DNA from: the human T2T-CHM13v2.0 reference genome, Homo sapiens
Length of the DNA stretch: 64,000 nt
Strand: one strand, 5' to 3'
Assembly (NCBI RefSeq): GCF_009914755.1
Contig: NC_060931.1
Translations under genes and position numbers: made by a program
Part shown: positions 1 through 12,790 of the stretch, in pieces
Position numbering within the stretch: the stretch's first letter is position 1
Layout: each line of letters begins with the position of its first letter
Notes under the pieces: model-generated
Told to the model about the DNA's origin: nothing
The model's database searches: none
Seen by the model: only the letters and a program-made list of their open reading frames with translations

Positions 1-59
1 AACAGTCCATATTTTTTTGGTTTTTAATTAAAAAAAAAAGAAAAGAAACTTAACTTTAG

Positions 60-1730
60 AAAACATCTACAGAGTAATCAAAATGGAATCCAAAAGACAT
101 GGGCTCAATAAGTAAGGGTGTCTTAAGAAGAGAACAGGCAAACACACACAGTAAACAAACTGAGGTGCAGGCTGATAGGAAAGGGAAGCTGCAGAGAAAG
201 TGACATATAGCAAGGAAATTAAAACTGCAATTGCAAAATTAAAATTTGTACCGAAGTCAGTAGAGTTGGGAAACACTATTCAAATTAAGAAAACTCAATT
301 AAGTAAAGACTTGAGAACAAACTTAAGAAATTTTCCCAGAATACCGAAGTAATAAACTAGTACAAATGTTTAAAGAAAAAGACGATTGGCATTAGGAGTA
401 TAAAGTTCTAACTTATAAATGATACATAACCAGAACAGGAACAGAAAGTTTTCTGAACTCAGGAAAGACCTGAGCCTATAGATTATAAGAACTCACTGTA
501 TTGTAGGCAAAAATTCAGTTGATTCCCCCCCTCCCAAAAATAGTTTTAGAATTTCTTTAGATAAAGCAAAAAGACTCCCAAAATTAAAAAGTCAAAATCA
601 CATTAACACCAAAAAAATTAAATTAGACTGGTCTCATATTTGTGGCTTCCTTAGAACACCGAATTCCAGAGGACTACAGAGAGAAACTATCTATAGCAAT
701 GATATTTGGAGAGAGTTTGAGATATATACCTTTTTTTTTTTCTTTCTTTTTTGAGACAACGTCTCACTGCCTTGTTCAGGCTGGATTTGAACTCCTGGGC
801 TAAAGCAACCCAGCCTCCCCAGTAGCTGGGATTACAGGTTCAATGTGCTAGGCTCTTAACATCAAATTTAAAGATAAAGAATCTTGAATTTTGTTAAACA
901 ACAACAAAAAGAAAAGTAAACAAATTTCCAACCAGAAGCTGCTACTGAGAGATACCTAAAAGCAAAATATGAAAATGTGAAAAAAATTTGTTTAATGGTC
1001 AAAAATATACTAGGCACATACATCTAAAAAGCTAGGAAGAGTAATCTTGGTACATGATAAAGTGATAAAGTAGAATCAAAGCAAAAAAAGTAAATGGGAA
1101 AGATGTTCATTTTACATGAAAAAATGTAAAAGCTAGTTATGAATTATCTGAAGAACGGCAAGAAAACAACTGACAAAAATAGCACTGTACAGAGAGACTA
1201 TCATAATCATCTTAGTCTTTGGCAGGTAAGGACACAGCAGGCATGATTAATAATTAATGAGATTGTTAATGTATATCAAACTTTGTACTCTATGGAAATT
1301 GTACGTTACTATTTCACTGAATATCAACAAAATATAATTATAACAGAACAAAGAAAACTTCAATACATTCTGAAGTCTAAAACCTTAGAGAACCCATTAT
1401 CTAATCCCAGTGCAATGGGATTAGATTGCATTAATCTAATGCAATTAATTAGATTAGATTAATTGGGATTAGCAAAATACCAAAAGCGTTAGCACAAAGT
1501 AAACATAAGAAAAAAAAATGAATGAATGAACAAAAATAACACACAAAACACATACACACAACCAAACCAATACTAAATCTCCTAAATTACTGATGGAGCA
1601 AAGAAGGACTCAATACTAGAATTGCAGACCATTTTGAAAATAAATGTTAAAATATTAAAGTATTCTATTAATGGCAAGAATATTACTTATGGACACAACC
1701 AAATCTGTGAAAAACCAATCTGGAGGTGGT
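60..1730 (+). mobile_element. Old, degenerate L1M-class LINE (ORF1/ORF2-start relic)
   Basis: Very A-rich plus strand with L1 ORF1-like phrases (e.g. gaaagacctgagcctatagattataagaactcac; aaattagactggtctcatatt). Boundaries approximate. Confidence 0.5.
731..855 (-). mobile_element. Alu monomer fragment (FLAM/FRAM-like)
   Basis: Poly-T followed by gagacaacgtctcact...gaactcctgggc...gctgggattacagg. Confidence 0.75.
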
Positions 1731-4110
1731 TAAATTAATATGAAATTACATGGTTTAAAAGACTACCACTGTTCACTAGATTTTTCCCAGCTGTTTTCAA
1801 TTTTTTCTCCCTTACTTTCCTAACTGGTTTTAATATGAAACATAAACATATTAACAAATAAGCGGTATGTTTTTAGAAGTTTCAGATTTTCTCTTCAACA
1901 GCAAAATCTTTTACATGCTCCTCCACAGTGTGGCTTGGTGGGGATTATTCACTAGATTAGTACTTCTTACAGGCCTCTATTACATAGCATTAGGTTTATT
2001 TGAATAATAAACAGTACAATAAAATAGTACTCTTTATGCTATTTCTAAGTGAAATGGCCGACTCCTACAGAGAATGGTTTTTAGACCTTTCTTCAGGTGA
2101 AAAGAAACAAATAATACTCTTTGTTTGATCTGTAAGATATGTACGCATTGCTGCCACTGAGTTCCAAGGTATAGGTACATACTGTACTGCCACAAGAGAT
2201 CAGTGTCCCAAAAGCTACCTAACAAACAGTAGACTAAATTAGCATATGTGTCACCACTTTGTACCACAGCATGTAAACTAAATATTGGACACCTGACAGT
2301 AGAAAGCAGCAAAAGTATTAAATTTACAAAATTCTATATAGTTGAGTCGATGTCCCCAATAATTTCAGTTACAGTTACGTATTATCCTTCCCCAATGGGA
2401 ATTCAGAATTCCTTAAGACTGCAGTGTTTAATATTTAAAAAATGACAGATCCATTTGAGATGAATGTTATAATATAGTCCCTCCTTTCCTAATACTCTCT
2501 CTCTGTCCTCCTCCCTACCCAATCCCCCAGGTTGAAAGTCCTTATTTAGGATATAACTTTGCAAAAAAGAATCACCTATTACTGTACTGGTGACTGATAT
2601 CAGTGTGTCAAACAATACCACAATTATAAATTACAACACAGCAATGGGTTTATATGTAAACTCTACCACTGAGGCGGCAAAGCAAACAAGAAAGGTGATA
2701 ATACATTAATACTTTATTTGGAACTTTACAATACAGAAAAACAGACAGATGGCACAATAGAAAGAAAGAAGGTCTGTAAGGACGAAAGTATAACATCAAC
2801 CTGCTCTTACTTGACATATTTTCTGAAATGTTAACGTCACACCAAATGAACTTTCTCTTGCTGACGTCATCCTCCCAAATGCATCAAACTTTCAATGATA
2901 CAAATATGAACTCATTTTAAATAATGAATAACAATACATTTGTTATGTATTCTTATCCCACCTATACATTTACTTGGAATCTTCAACTTAGGCATTTTTT
3001 TCTTTCAAAAATGACTACTTCAGTCATTCAAATTATAGAAATTTCAGTTTTAGTTTTCAGCTGATTTACTTATTAAATACACACCATTTTTCTTCTTTGG
3101 AAGGTTTAGAAGCAATTAATTACACTTAGAAATTTTCTAATTGAAAATGGTGAAGTATTTTTTAAAAGCTTGTGGGAAATTAAAATTTTAATAACAAAAC
3201 ACGTGTTTATATAAAGAAAGACTATCAAAATTAAGAAAATCCATTTAAAACATTATAATATGTCAATTTGGAAAAAATTGTCAATTTGGAAAAAAGACTA
3301 ACAATCAAAAAGTAGCTTCATTTATAAGATTCTAATTCATGGCTCCACAGTTGGAGGGGAGGGAGGGAAGAGAGGAGAAAGGAACCAAATATAACTTTAT
3401 CTTAACAAACTGTATAGCTGCTTTCTAAGTGTTATCCATATTTCATGTATTAAATAAGGGAAATAATGTATTCAGAACTCATACAACCATCTTATCTGCT
3501 GTATGTTTTCTAACCCTTTTAACTAAACCTACCAAAGAAAACTCATCTCAGTGGCTGACACTGTAGGTGCTCAAATGGTATTTGCTGCATTAATTATGAA
3601 TGAATCAGTGAAAACTGCTAACCAGCCTTCTCTTTCACTTCTGGAGTTGGAAATCAAGCCAGGGACAGGACTCACATTAGGGCTGGGAAGAAAATTTTGG
3701 AACGTTTTTGGTGAAGGATGATCTCATGCAGCTGAAAAGATTTCGCAGAATCTACTTTCAGTTTAAGAATCTAAATTAGTTCCTATTTGTATATTACAAG
3801 TAATGATTCCTCATTTTCAGAAATCTAGGCCTCTTGCCTAAGGTTCAAATTTAGTATAGAAATTCTATGTTTTTTCTTTTAGAGAATTTCATTCAAACTC
3901 CCTCTCTCTTCTCTCTATCCACAAGCACCTTTCCATGCCTTGCTTTTCCAGTCCAACATCTTTGAATCATAAAGGTTTCTGAATAATGTTTTTGAAAATG
4001 CTGACCCCCAAAATAAGTTTTATATTATACATTTTAATTTTTTTATATCTCAAAAACTTGAGAATAAAGTGAAACTTAGACAAAGTAGTTTTACTAACTT
4101 CAATGTTATG

Positions 4111-4323
4111 TAGAGATGTGCAAACTACGGCTCATGGGTCAAAGCCAGCATGCTGTTTTTGTAAATAAAGTTTTATTGGAACTCAGACTCATTTATTGAT
4201 GTATCATCTATGACTGCTTTTGCACAACAGCAGAGATGAATAGTTATGATAGAGACTGTGTGACTGCCAAGGCCTAAAATATTTACTAGCTGCCCCTTTA
4301 CAAAAAATGTCTCCCAACTCTTG
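4111..4323 (+). mobile_element. MER58A-like hAT DNA transposon
   Basis: gcaaactacggc...tgtttttgtaaataaagttttattgga...cctaaaatatttacta consensus blocks. Confidence 0.7.
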
Positions 4324-5401
4324 CTATTAAGCATTGGCCTCTCTAAATCTCCTCTAAGATCTATACAGACAATAATACAAACAGCAAATACTTACTACAG
4401 AATTTCAGTGTATTAAGCACTGCTTTGCAAATTTTACATTTACATTATTTTTTAAAACTTGTACACAACATGAATTGAGTATGATCACAATCCCTATTTA
4501 CAGATACAAAACTGAGGTTTGATGAAATTAAATAACATGGTCAAGGTTAGTAAGTAGACAGGGCTGGGAATCCAACCAAGGTCTACTGAAATCCAAAATG
4601 AAAGTGTAATATCTCTTATAGAGAACTTCAAAATAATAAATAATAAAAAATATTTTCTAAGGACTTAAGTTTTAGGGTCCATATGCTTTTATATTGTTAT
4701 AAGTAATGTGGCATTAAGTATAGGTTTTAACATTTGTTTCTTAATACCAAGGTAAAAGTACTGATGATTCTTATTTTTCACAAGGAAGCATGCACAAAAC
4801 TATCTTTACTTTTAGTGAGACTGTATAGTGTTAACAATTCTTGACTGAAATTCTAAAATGATAGTCATGAGAGGTTACAAGTGGAAGTTGCTGTTATACT
4901 AATACAACTGTTGTCACTACAAACAGTGTGGGAAGTTGGACAAAGTTCATTGGGTTTAAAACAACAAAGAACTTGAAAATTTAGAGCTATTTCTAAGAGA
5001 GGAAATGAAAGAACATCATTTACACTAAGAATATCTGTTAACATACAAAGTGGTATATGGTAAACCAACTTTGAAAACAACAAAGGAAGGGATAGTTTCT
5101 GCAAATACCAATTAAATACAAATGTAACGAAACTGTATGGCAGATAACAGGCAATGTGATAACTGTTGAGGATACAAAGATAATTGCTACCTTCAAAAAA
5201 CCCACAGAATATTAGGTGAGATAAATAGGTAAAAATTAATATAGGGTTCTTAATTTCAAGCAACAGAAACCAAATCAGACTGATTAATAGACATGTAATA
5301 CATTAACAGATATTAAAAGTAGCTCCCAGAACTGCTAGGAGGATTGAAGAACAAAGCTCAGTAAATGGACAGAAAATAAGGATGCTTAAAAGCAAGAAAT
5401 A

Positions 5402-5784
5402 CAAGTGTTCCTCTACTTATGATTGGGTTACACTGAAAATGCATTTAATAAACCTAACCTGCCATCACAGCTTAGCCCAGCCCGCCTTGAATGTGCTCAG
5501 AACACTTACCTTAGCCTACCATTGGGCAAAAACAGCTGGCATTACAATACACAGCAGAGTACCAGTTATTTACCCTCATGATTGAGTGGCTGACTGGGAG
5601 CTGCGACTCCCTGCACCATGAGAGTACCATCATGCATATCCCTAAGCAGGGATATGATTTTGACTTTGAAAGCTCTGATTTTGAAAGATCAAAATTCAAA
5701 ATTCGAAGTACAGTTTCTACCGAATGTGTATCACTTTTGCGCCATCACAACGTCAAAAAAAAAAATTAAGTCCGGGACTGTCTG
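5402..5784 (+). mobile_element. MER47/Tigger5-like Tc1-mariner relic, apparently inside an old MLT1-type LTR (about 5240-6000)
   Basis: gaaaatgcatttaataaacctaacct...gtgctcagaacacttac...caaaattcgaagtacagtttctac...aagtccgggactgtctg match the family consensus. Confidence 0.65.
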
Positions 5785-7167
5785 TGAAATCAAAATCTGT
5801 CACAAGAACCACCTGGGCACAGAAGAGATGCTACAAGTGGCACATAACGACTTCTGCTGTTTTTGGAAAGTGGTGTTTTACTGCTGCCACTACATCTTTT
5901 ATTATGCCTGAGCATTTGTATCAGCTCTAGATAGACGCATCCAATTAGTCATGTTTGGGATGAGCTCTTTTCCTGTGTGGGCAAGAGAAAGCAATTTATT
6001 TGCCCTTTTTGGCTTTTGTTGCGGTGAGCACCAGACCTTGCCTTTGATCAAGATTCATACTATATAAGTAGGGAACTCCTCAAGCACAGGAAGAAGCTTC
6101 AAGTGCTATGACCCCTGTCAACAGAAAAATGCCCCACTATAAGCACTGTAGCTTAAAGATCTGAAGACATTTTTTTAGGGGGCTGGAGAGGGCGGTGAAG
6201 AGCCTCTGAATTCTCAAGTTTGTGAGCCACTATTCAAGTGACTAAATGGTAATAACTGATCCATATTTATAAATGCACCTTGGTTTTTTCTTAACCAGTC
6301 ATTAAGACAAAACTCATTTCAGCAGTTCAAAAATTAAAGACATACCCCACAGAACAAGATTTAAGTTTCTTAAGCCGCTGTTTTTCAAATTCAAGTCTAA
6401 TAACTTGTTAGTCAAGCCAGAAGCCCATAAGCTCTCAAATTTAAGAAACCACAACAGAACATAAACACAATAAAAAAGTTCTATATTAGATGTCACCAAG
6501 AAACAATAAACTGCACAAGCAGTCAGGGAATCTATGCAGAACAAAACAGACATGAATATAAAACTTCAGGAAGAAGAAGAAATTTGCCAAGCAGATGTTG
6601 TGGGACAAAAAGAATAATTTATTAGAGGTAACAGCTAGCACAAGATGACTTCATTAGCAAACACAATGGTGTAGCGGAAAACCAACCAACCAACCCTCAT
6701 CCAAGTTCAGGAAAACTGAATTTAAATTTCAATCTCAAATAGCACTATGATACTGGTCAAGGGCTTTCACACTTAATTTTTCCTTATCTATAAAATAAGG
6801 GAGCTGGACTAGTTGCTCTGTAAGTAATCTTGCTTCTAAACAAATTTATGAGGATGCTGATTAGTAACAACAGCTAATATTTACTAGCACTCACCATATG
6901 CCAGGCACAATGGTACACAGTTTACACTTATTATGTAGGTATTACAATCATTCCCATTTTCACCAATTGAAGAAACTCAAGTTCTGAGTGCTTAATTCAC
7001 CCAAAGTGTCTAGTTAGTAAGAAGGCCAGACCTGGAAGATCTAATTCCAAAGCCAACACATTTAGCCTCTATGCTATGGTTTCACCAATAATGCAATTCC
7101 AAATCCCTAAAGGACAGTGCCATAATGAGCGTCTATTGTACTATGTTTAAAGTGTTTACTACCTACA

Positions 7168-7302
7168 ATTTTTTTGTGGTTGAGATGGAAGTCTTGCTAT
7201 GTTGCCCAGGCTGGTCTTGAACTCCTGGGCTCAAGTGATAGATCCTCCTGCCTTGGCCTCCCAAAATGCTGGGATTACAGACATGAGTCATCATGCCTGG
7301 CC
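7168..7302 (-). mobile_element. Alu left monomer (FLAM-like)
   Basis: gagatggaagtcttgctatgttgcccaggctgg...gggattacag; flanked by a cctacaattttt duplication. Confidence 0.8.
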
Positions 7303-7959
7303 TACAATTTTTTTTTAATACCTCCATTTTTCAGTATTTTTCAGATACTTACTTTAGGCCTAAGTATCAAAATGCTCATTCTTTTTTATATGTCAAATTG
7401 AAATCTTCCTAAAATATGTTATACATGTCTCTGACTTTGTAAATAAGAGAAAAGTAACCAAGTTTAAACTTTTCGTGAAGCTCAAGGTTACGCTTATACA
7501 TATTAATTATTGCCTGAGGCCTCTGAAACTTTAAGGTAAATATGGCTCTTTGCCCTTCACTTTCTTGGGTCAGCTTCTTACATTTTGGTTTCTTTTCTTT
7601 CAGTAATCACAGCTCCTCTTTACACTGGTAATTTTCTGTGGACTGAAAAAAAAAATCAAGCTTCTAAGCTTATCAGAATTATTTAGTAAAGATATAGCTG
7701 CAAAAAAATTACTTTCAGCCATTTTTCTTATTACAAGGTGGCCTGTGATGTAATACCATAAACTAACTTTCATCACCAATTTTGCTGTGATTTGATTATC
7801 TAAACACACTTCCTCTGTTTTGAATCTTTGATATGGCACATTCTCACAGTGCATGACATCCTCCTAAGATGATTCATAAAGAATTAAAAGTTAAAGTATT
7901 ATGTCCCACAGATCACACGATCCCAGCATTCCAGAAAAAAAAAAAAAAAGCTTAATGCT

Positions 7960-9440
7960 TATTAAAAGATACAGGTTAAGTTTTAGGTAGGTTCAAATCA
8001 TCCTAATATTTTTCTTGAGATTATGGGAAAAAAAATTTTAAGGAATCACCTGCAAAAATCCTAAAGAGAATGTGAGAGGGAGATACTAAAACCTATTTTG
8101 AAACCACACATCATTAAATCAGTTTGGTATAGATAGAAAAAGAGCAAGAAATCTGTTTATGATAAAGATGATGGTTCAAATTATTAGTAAAGAGGAACTA
8201 CATTGTTCAATTCCCACCTATGAGTGAGAATATGTGGTGTTTGGTTTTTTGTTCTTGCGATGGGGATTATCACACTCTGGGGACTGTTGTGGGGTGGGGG
8301 GGGGGGAGGAGGGAGGGATAGCATTGGGAGATATACCTAATGCTAGATGACGAGTTAGTGGGTGCAGCGCACCAGCATGGCACATGTATACATATGCAAC
8401 TAACCTGCACAATGTGCACATGTACCCTAAAACTTAAAGTATAATAAAAAAAAAAAAAAAGAAAAAAAAAAGAATGTCAGAAATTACTAGAAAAAATATT
8501 AAACAAAATAATATTTACTTAATACAGATAAGAAGTTTTAAATATGATTTATTGAACATTTCACCTTAGAGCTTCTCAGTCTTACCAATTTAGCCATTCT
8601 AATAGTTATAATGTAGTATCTCATTGTGGATTTAATTTGCATTTTCCTAATATCTGTTATAATATATACCACTTAACGTGCAAAAAAAAAAAGAGGAACT
8701 ATAATAATAAATGGTATGAGAACTGTCAAAAAAAAAGTATACACTTATTTCATGCCTTACTTCAAAATAAATAATGGAAAGGTCAAATGTCCAAAATGGA
8801 AGAAAAAATGAAGTTCCAGAAGAGCAAATTTATTTGTAATTTTACAGAAGAGAAAAGGTCTTTGTAAACAGGATACAAAATCCAAGTCACAAAAGAGAAA
8901 AAAAGCGATACATTTAACCCCACAAAAAGTAAAAGACCATTGTAGAATAAGAAAATAAATGAAGTCAAGAGATTAACTGGGAACGATATTTGCAAAACAT
9001 GATAAAAAACTGATTTCCCTAATTTATAGAGTTTATACAAACCAATAAAAAACAGACCAACTAAAAGAAAAATAAACAAAAGACATAAACAATCATTTTT
9101 CACCTATCCAAATGGCAAAATCTAAAAAGTCTGATGATGCCCAGTGCTGTTGATGGTGTGAGGGAACCATCGGTCTCATGTCTGCCAATGTGTGCCTAAG
9201 CTGACGAAACTCATGAAGAGAGTAATGCAGATATAGTCTCAAAAGTTGTCAAGGTATATGTACAAAGGTGATCACGACAATCCTGTTTAATTGCAAAGAT
9301 GCACTGGAAACAAAATGTTTATCATACGGGAATAGTTAAATAAACATCCAGAAAATGGAATACTATTCACCATTTAAAAAGGGAAGAATAAATACATTTC
9401 AATGTGGAAAGCAAAGTGCAGAAGTGTTTACAGAACTTTT
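7960..9440 (+). mobile_element. Old L1M(E)-class LINE 3' region, host of the L1PA2 insertion
   Basis: Degenerate L1 ORF2/3' phrases (aataaatggtatgagaactg, atatttgcaaaacatga, tagttaaataaa...aatggaatactattcac). Boundaries approximate. Confidence 0.55.
8201..8689 (+). mobile_element. 5'-truncated, 5'-inverted L1PA2 with a 3' transduction
   Basis: 8201-8261 inverted L1 3' segment; 8262-8470 sense L1 3' UTR (GAG diagnostic in ctagatgacgagttagtg) plus poly(A); 8472-8681 non-L1PA sequence; second A-tail 8682-8689; TSD AAAGAGGAACTA at 8189-8200 and 8690-8701. Confidence 0.85.
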
Positions 9441-11410
9441 TAAGCGGGAAAAACAGATGAGTAAGTAAATTTTCAATGTTTTTCTGAAATTAATTACATG
9501 GACCTGTTGAGAATGGCTGATTTGTTCACAGGCATTGGGGAGGGGAGATCTTTACCTTTCAGTCCTAACTGTGGCATTTTAAAATCCACATCTGAATTAA
9601 TTTAATTTTACTTTTTAAAAGTTAGGAGTTATCTAAATAGTAAAATTTTGGCCAATTTTTGTCTTCTTTATTCTTTTCTGTTTTAAAAACACCTAATCAA
9701 TTTTATATTTTAAAGAGAGGAACCACATAGGTAGGAAAAATAGTCAATGGGATATTTTACTTTATTCAATACAGCTTTGCTTTTTTAAATAACAAGCTCA
9801 TAATATTGTTATAATTTCTATCAGTTTTAATTCATTAAATTTTTAATTATCTGCACTAATAAAAGGAAAATGTTTAGAATCTCAAACCAAAACACTTTAT
9901 ATAGCCTATGTACATCTGAATGAACATTTATGTTCCAATGTAAAAAAAGATCTTCCTCTATTTTATATATTTTTTAAAATGACTAAAAGCATTAATAATT
10001 AGAAAAGAATCTATACTAATGTTTCTCTGTCTACTGAGGGCACCTGTATCTTATACAAGCTGACATATGCTTTCTGAATAGGTCACCAGCCCTTCTGTAG
10101 AAAGGGCAACACACAGTGATACATTTTTATAAGAAAGAAACTAATAATTTAAAGAAGAAAAAAAAGGGAAGCTGCCTAAAACCAATAAATGCAAAGTAGA
10201 TTGAATCAGGACCTCTTTTAAATTGGCTATTTTATTAGGAAAGTGAAAAGTGATCTCAATGAGTCTTGGAATTTCTAAAGATTAGAGTTGATATCTTTCT
10301 CAGGTTCAAGAGATTCTATCCTTTCACATGGTGCACAATTGTTGCTTTTCAAACCTATTAGAGTGTCAACGGCAGATGTAATTAGAATGGAGGCTGGAGG
10401 GAAAGGAAACCACAGAGAAAGGGAAGTTAGAGACCAGGCTTCTATTTCACAGCAAGTGAAATAGAAGTACATGTAAACAAGAGAGTACATGTATCAGACC
10501 TGCTGAAGATTAAAAGGGGCTATTTATCAATGCAACTCACAAGCACTCACCTGTAAGCATGTTGGATCCTCAAAATCCACCAGAAAGCTCACCTTTTAGT
10601 AGTCTCAATGGATAATTACCATCCTGCTATGATTATTTTTACTATTTACTCAATAATATAGTACCCCCCTAGTTTCTGGCCTTATTGAGAAATGAAGGTC
10701 AAGGGTATGCTGAAGTAGTTAACAGCATGGGGCTTTTGAAACTCCTTCAGAACCCAAGGAAGTGAGTTCACATCTCAGCTTCACCACTTAAGAACTTTAT
10801 GATCTTGAGCAAGTTATTTAATCTCTGCCTCTAAAATCTCTAAAATGGGGTTAACATTATTAATAATGCTCATGGCTTACTGTTGATAAGTAAATGAAAT
10901 AATACCTGTATACTGCATCACAATCCTCAAATACATAAAATTTAATAAACATACTTTTTTCAAAATGTTACTTGTTTTATTTAAATAATTATGAATAGAA
11001 ATCTCAATAATTTAGTTATTTTTGTTTCTTCCTAAGGCAAACAAACAAAATTTAACTTTTTCTGGACTGTGTAGGATCACAATTAGGAACATAAATTATA
11101 AGGTTAGATTATATGTGACCATAAATACAAAACATTCTGCAGGCTATCAGTCACTCTTATGGACACGTCTTGAGTAATGACAGTCTCTGATGAGAGTTTA
11201 AGTTTACAGAGATGTTTGTCTCTATACTAATTATTTCTGAATTGTTACATTTACAATTTTTAAAATACGGTTGCCATTTTTGTCTTCATTCACAGTCAGA
11301 GCTAATTAGTTGTACCGGCTTCTTACAAGCCTCTTTCTCGTTTTCTTAATTCTAAAGTGTTGTTAGCAAAAAAAAAAAACCACTTTTAAAGCAAACTGAT
11401 ATGGTTATAA

Positions 11411-11429
11411 ATACACACGCGCACACGCG

Positions 11430-11470
<41 letters not shown>
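11411..11470. repeat. Compound (CA)n/(CG)n alternating purine-pyrimidine microsatellite
   Basis: atacacacgcgcacacgcgcacgcgcgcgc followed by (ac)15. Confidence 0.95.
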
Positions 11471-11472
<2 letters not shown>

Positions 11473-11789
11473 CATGTAGATTCAGACAGTTCTGGGTTTA
11501 AAATCCAGTTATGCTACTTAGTTTGTGACCTTGTCAAGTTACTTCAGTTCTCTAAGCCTCAGGTTCTTCATCCTTAAAATAAGATTATTACTTATACTGA
11601 AACACTGTGGTAAGAAGCAAATAAAAACTTAGGTAAAACATCTTGCAGAGTGCTTTCCAGTACCTGACAATGTAAGTCATCCAGTCAATGGTAATTATTA
11701 TTCTGTAATTAATGAAGTATGCTGAAATTATTGCTAAGTTAAGAATAAAATGAATTTCTTACCAGAAACATGATTTTAATGTGTAAAAT

Positions 11790-12790
11790 TCCTTGGCGCT
11801 ATGTTGGAGACAGAAAGATGAAAAAGAATATATTATCTACCCTCCAGGAGTTCAGAGCCTAATGAAGACACATGTAAACAAAATCACAGCAATCTGATGA
11901 GCAAAACAGTAAAAGAAGCAGCACTCTATGTGAAGTCAATCTTTTTCAGCCAGTCTCCCTCACTGCCCTTAAAATATTAATACTTTTGTGATTTCTCATT
12001 GCTTATTTTAAAAGGGCCAACTCCTCATCGGTATGGTGTTTTTCTGTTAGAGGTGATACTTACCCTAGGAGGGTAAATAGGAGTTTAACAGGTTGGGGGT
12101 TAGGGATTGAGGTGAGCAGACTTGGTCAGGGAGGATGAAAGAACACATGTAAAGATCTACAAGGAAGAAACAGGATGGTAGGGTCTGGAGCAGAGTGCTT
12201 AGAGAGAGGCAAGTGTAGAAAAGCAAGCCCAGATAATAGTGGCCTAGTACACCATACCAATGAGGAGCTGGCCCTTTTAAAATAAGCAGTGAGAAATCAC
12301 AAAAGTATTAATATTTTAAGGGCAGTGCAGGAGACTGGCTGAAAAAGATTACATGCTTATATTCATGTTATTGAGAGATCCCTCCACCTAAACTGTGTAA
12401 ACTGACCAGGAAGGGGTCAATTTTTGCTGCTTCTTTCCAGCCTGGACTATATATTCTTTCTTGACTATTTTCTTATAGTCAAGAAAGAAAATATAGTCCA
12501 GGCTGGAAAGAAGCAGCAACTGATCTAAAGTAGTAAGAAGAAAGGAGAGTGAGGAATGGATGAGGGAGACTAAGAAGGTAGTCTTGGTAACCCTCAGAAA
12601 TCTAGGAAAATTTCCCAGTTTCCAGTTTGGACAAATGGTTGGGTCATGATACCATTAGTGAAAATGGAGACACAATAGGAATAAAAACAGTTTTTGAGAG
12701 GAAAACAGCTCAATTTGGAATTTGTCTGAACAGAGCTTATGCAGTCTGAAATTCAGGTGAGGCTAGAATTAACTCCAACAGGAGAACATA
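11790..12790 (-). mobile_element. L2 LINE relic
   Basis: Purine-rich L2-antisense phrases (cctccaggagttcagagcctaatg, atagtccagg, ccagtttccagtttggacaaatgg). Boundaries approximate. Confidence 0.55.
12424..12519. repeat. Near-perfect inverted repeat: 45-bp arms, 6-nt loop, 1 mismatch
   Basis: 12424-12468 is the reverse complement of 12475-12519 except at 12453/12490. Confidence 0.97.

Noticed and set aside
4865-5263. 132-aa hydrophobic minus-strand ORF in intron 1 (similarly 49761-50174 and 62755-63165 on the plus strand)
   Set aside because: Composition simply reflects T-rich DNA; no recognisable homology or clear exon structure.
9131-11200. CTGATGA words (9131, 11187) as hammerhead-ribozyme or box C/D snoRNA cores
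   Set aside because: No accompanying GAAA and three-stem arrangement or terminal stem with a D box could be built. They are antisense to the host transcript, and the first lies in L1 sequence.
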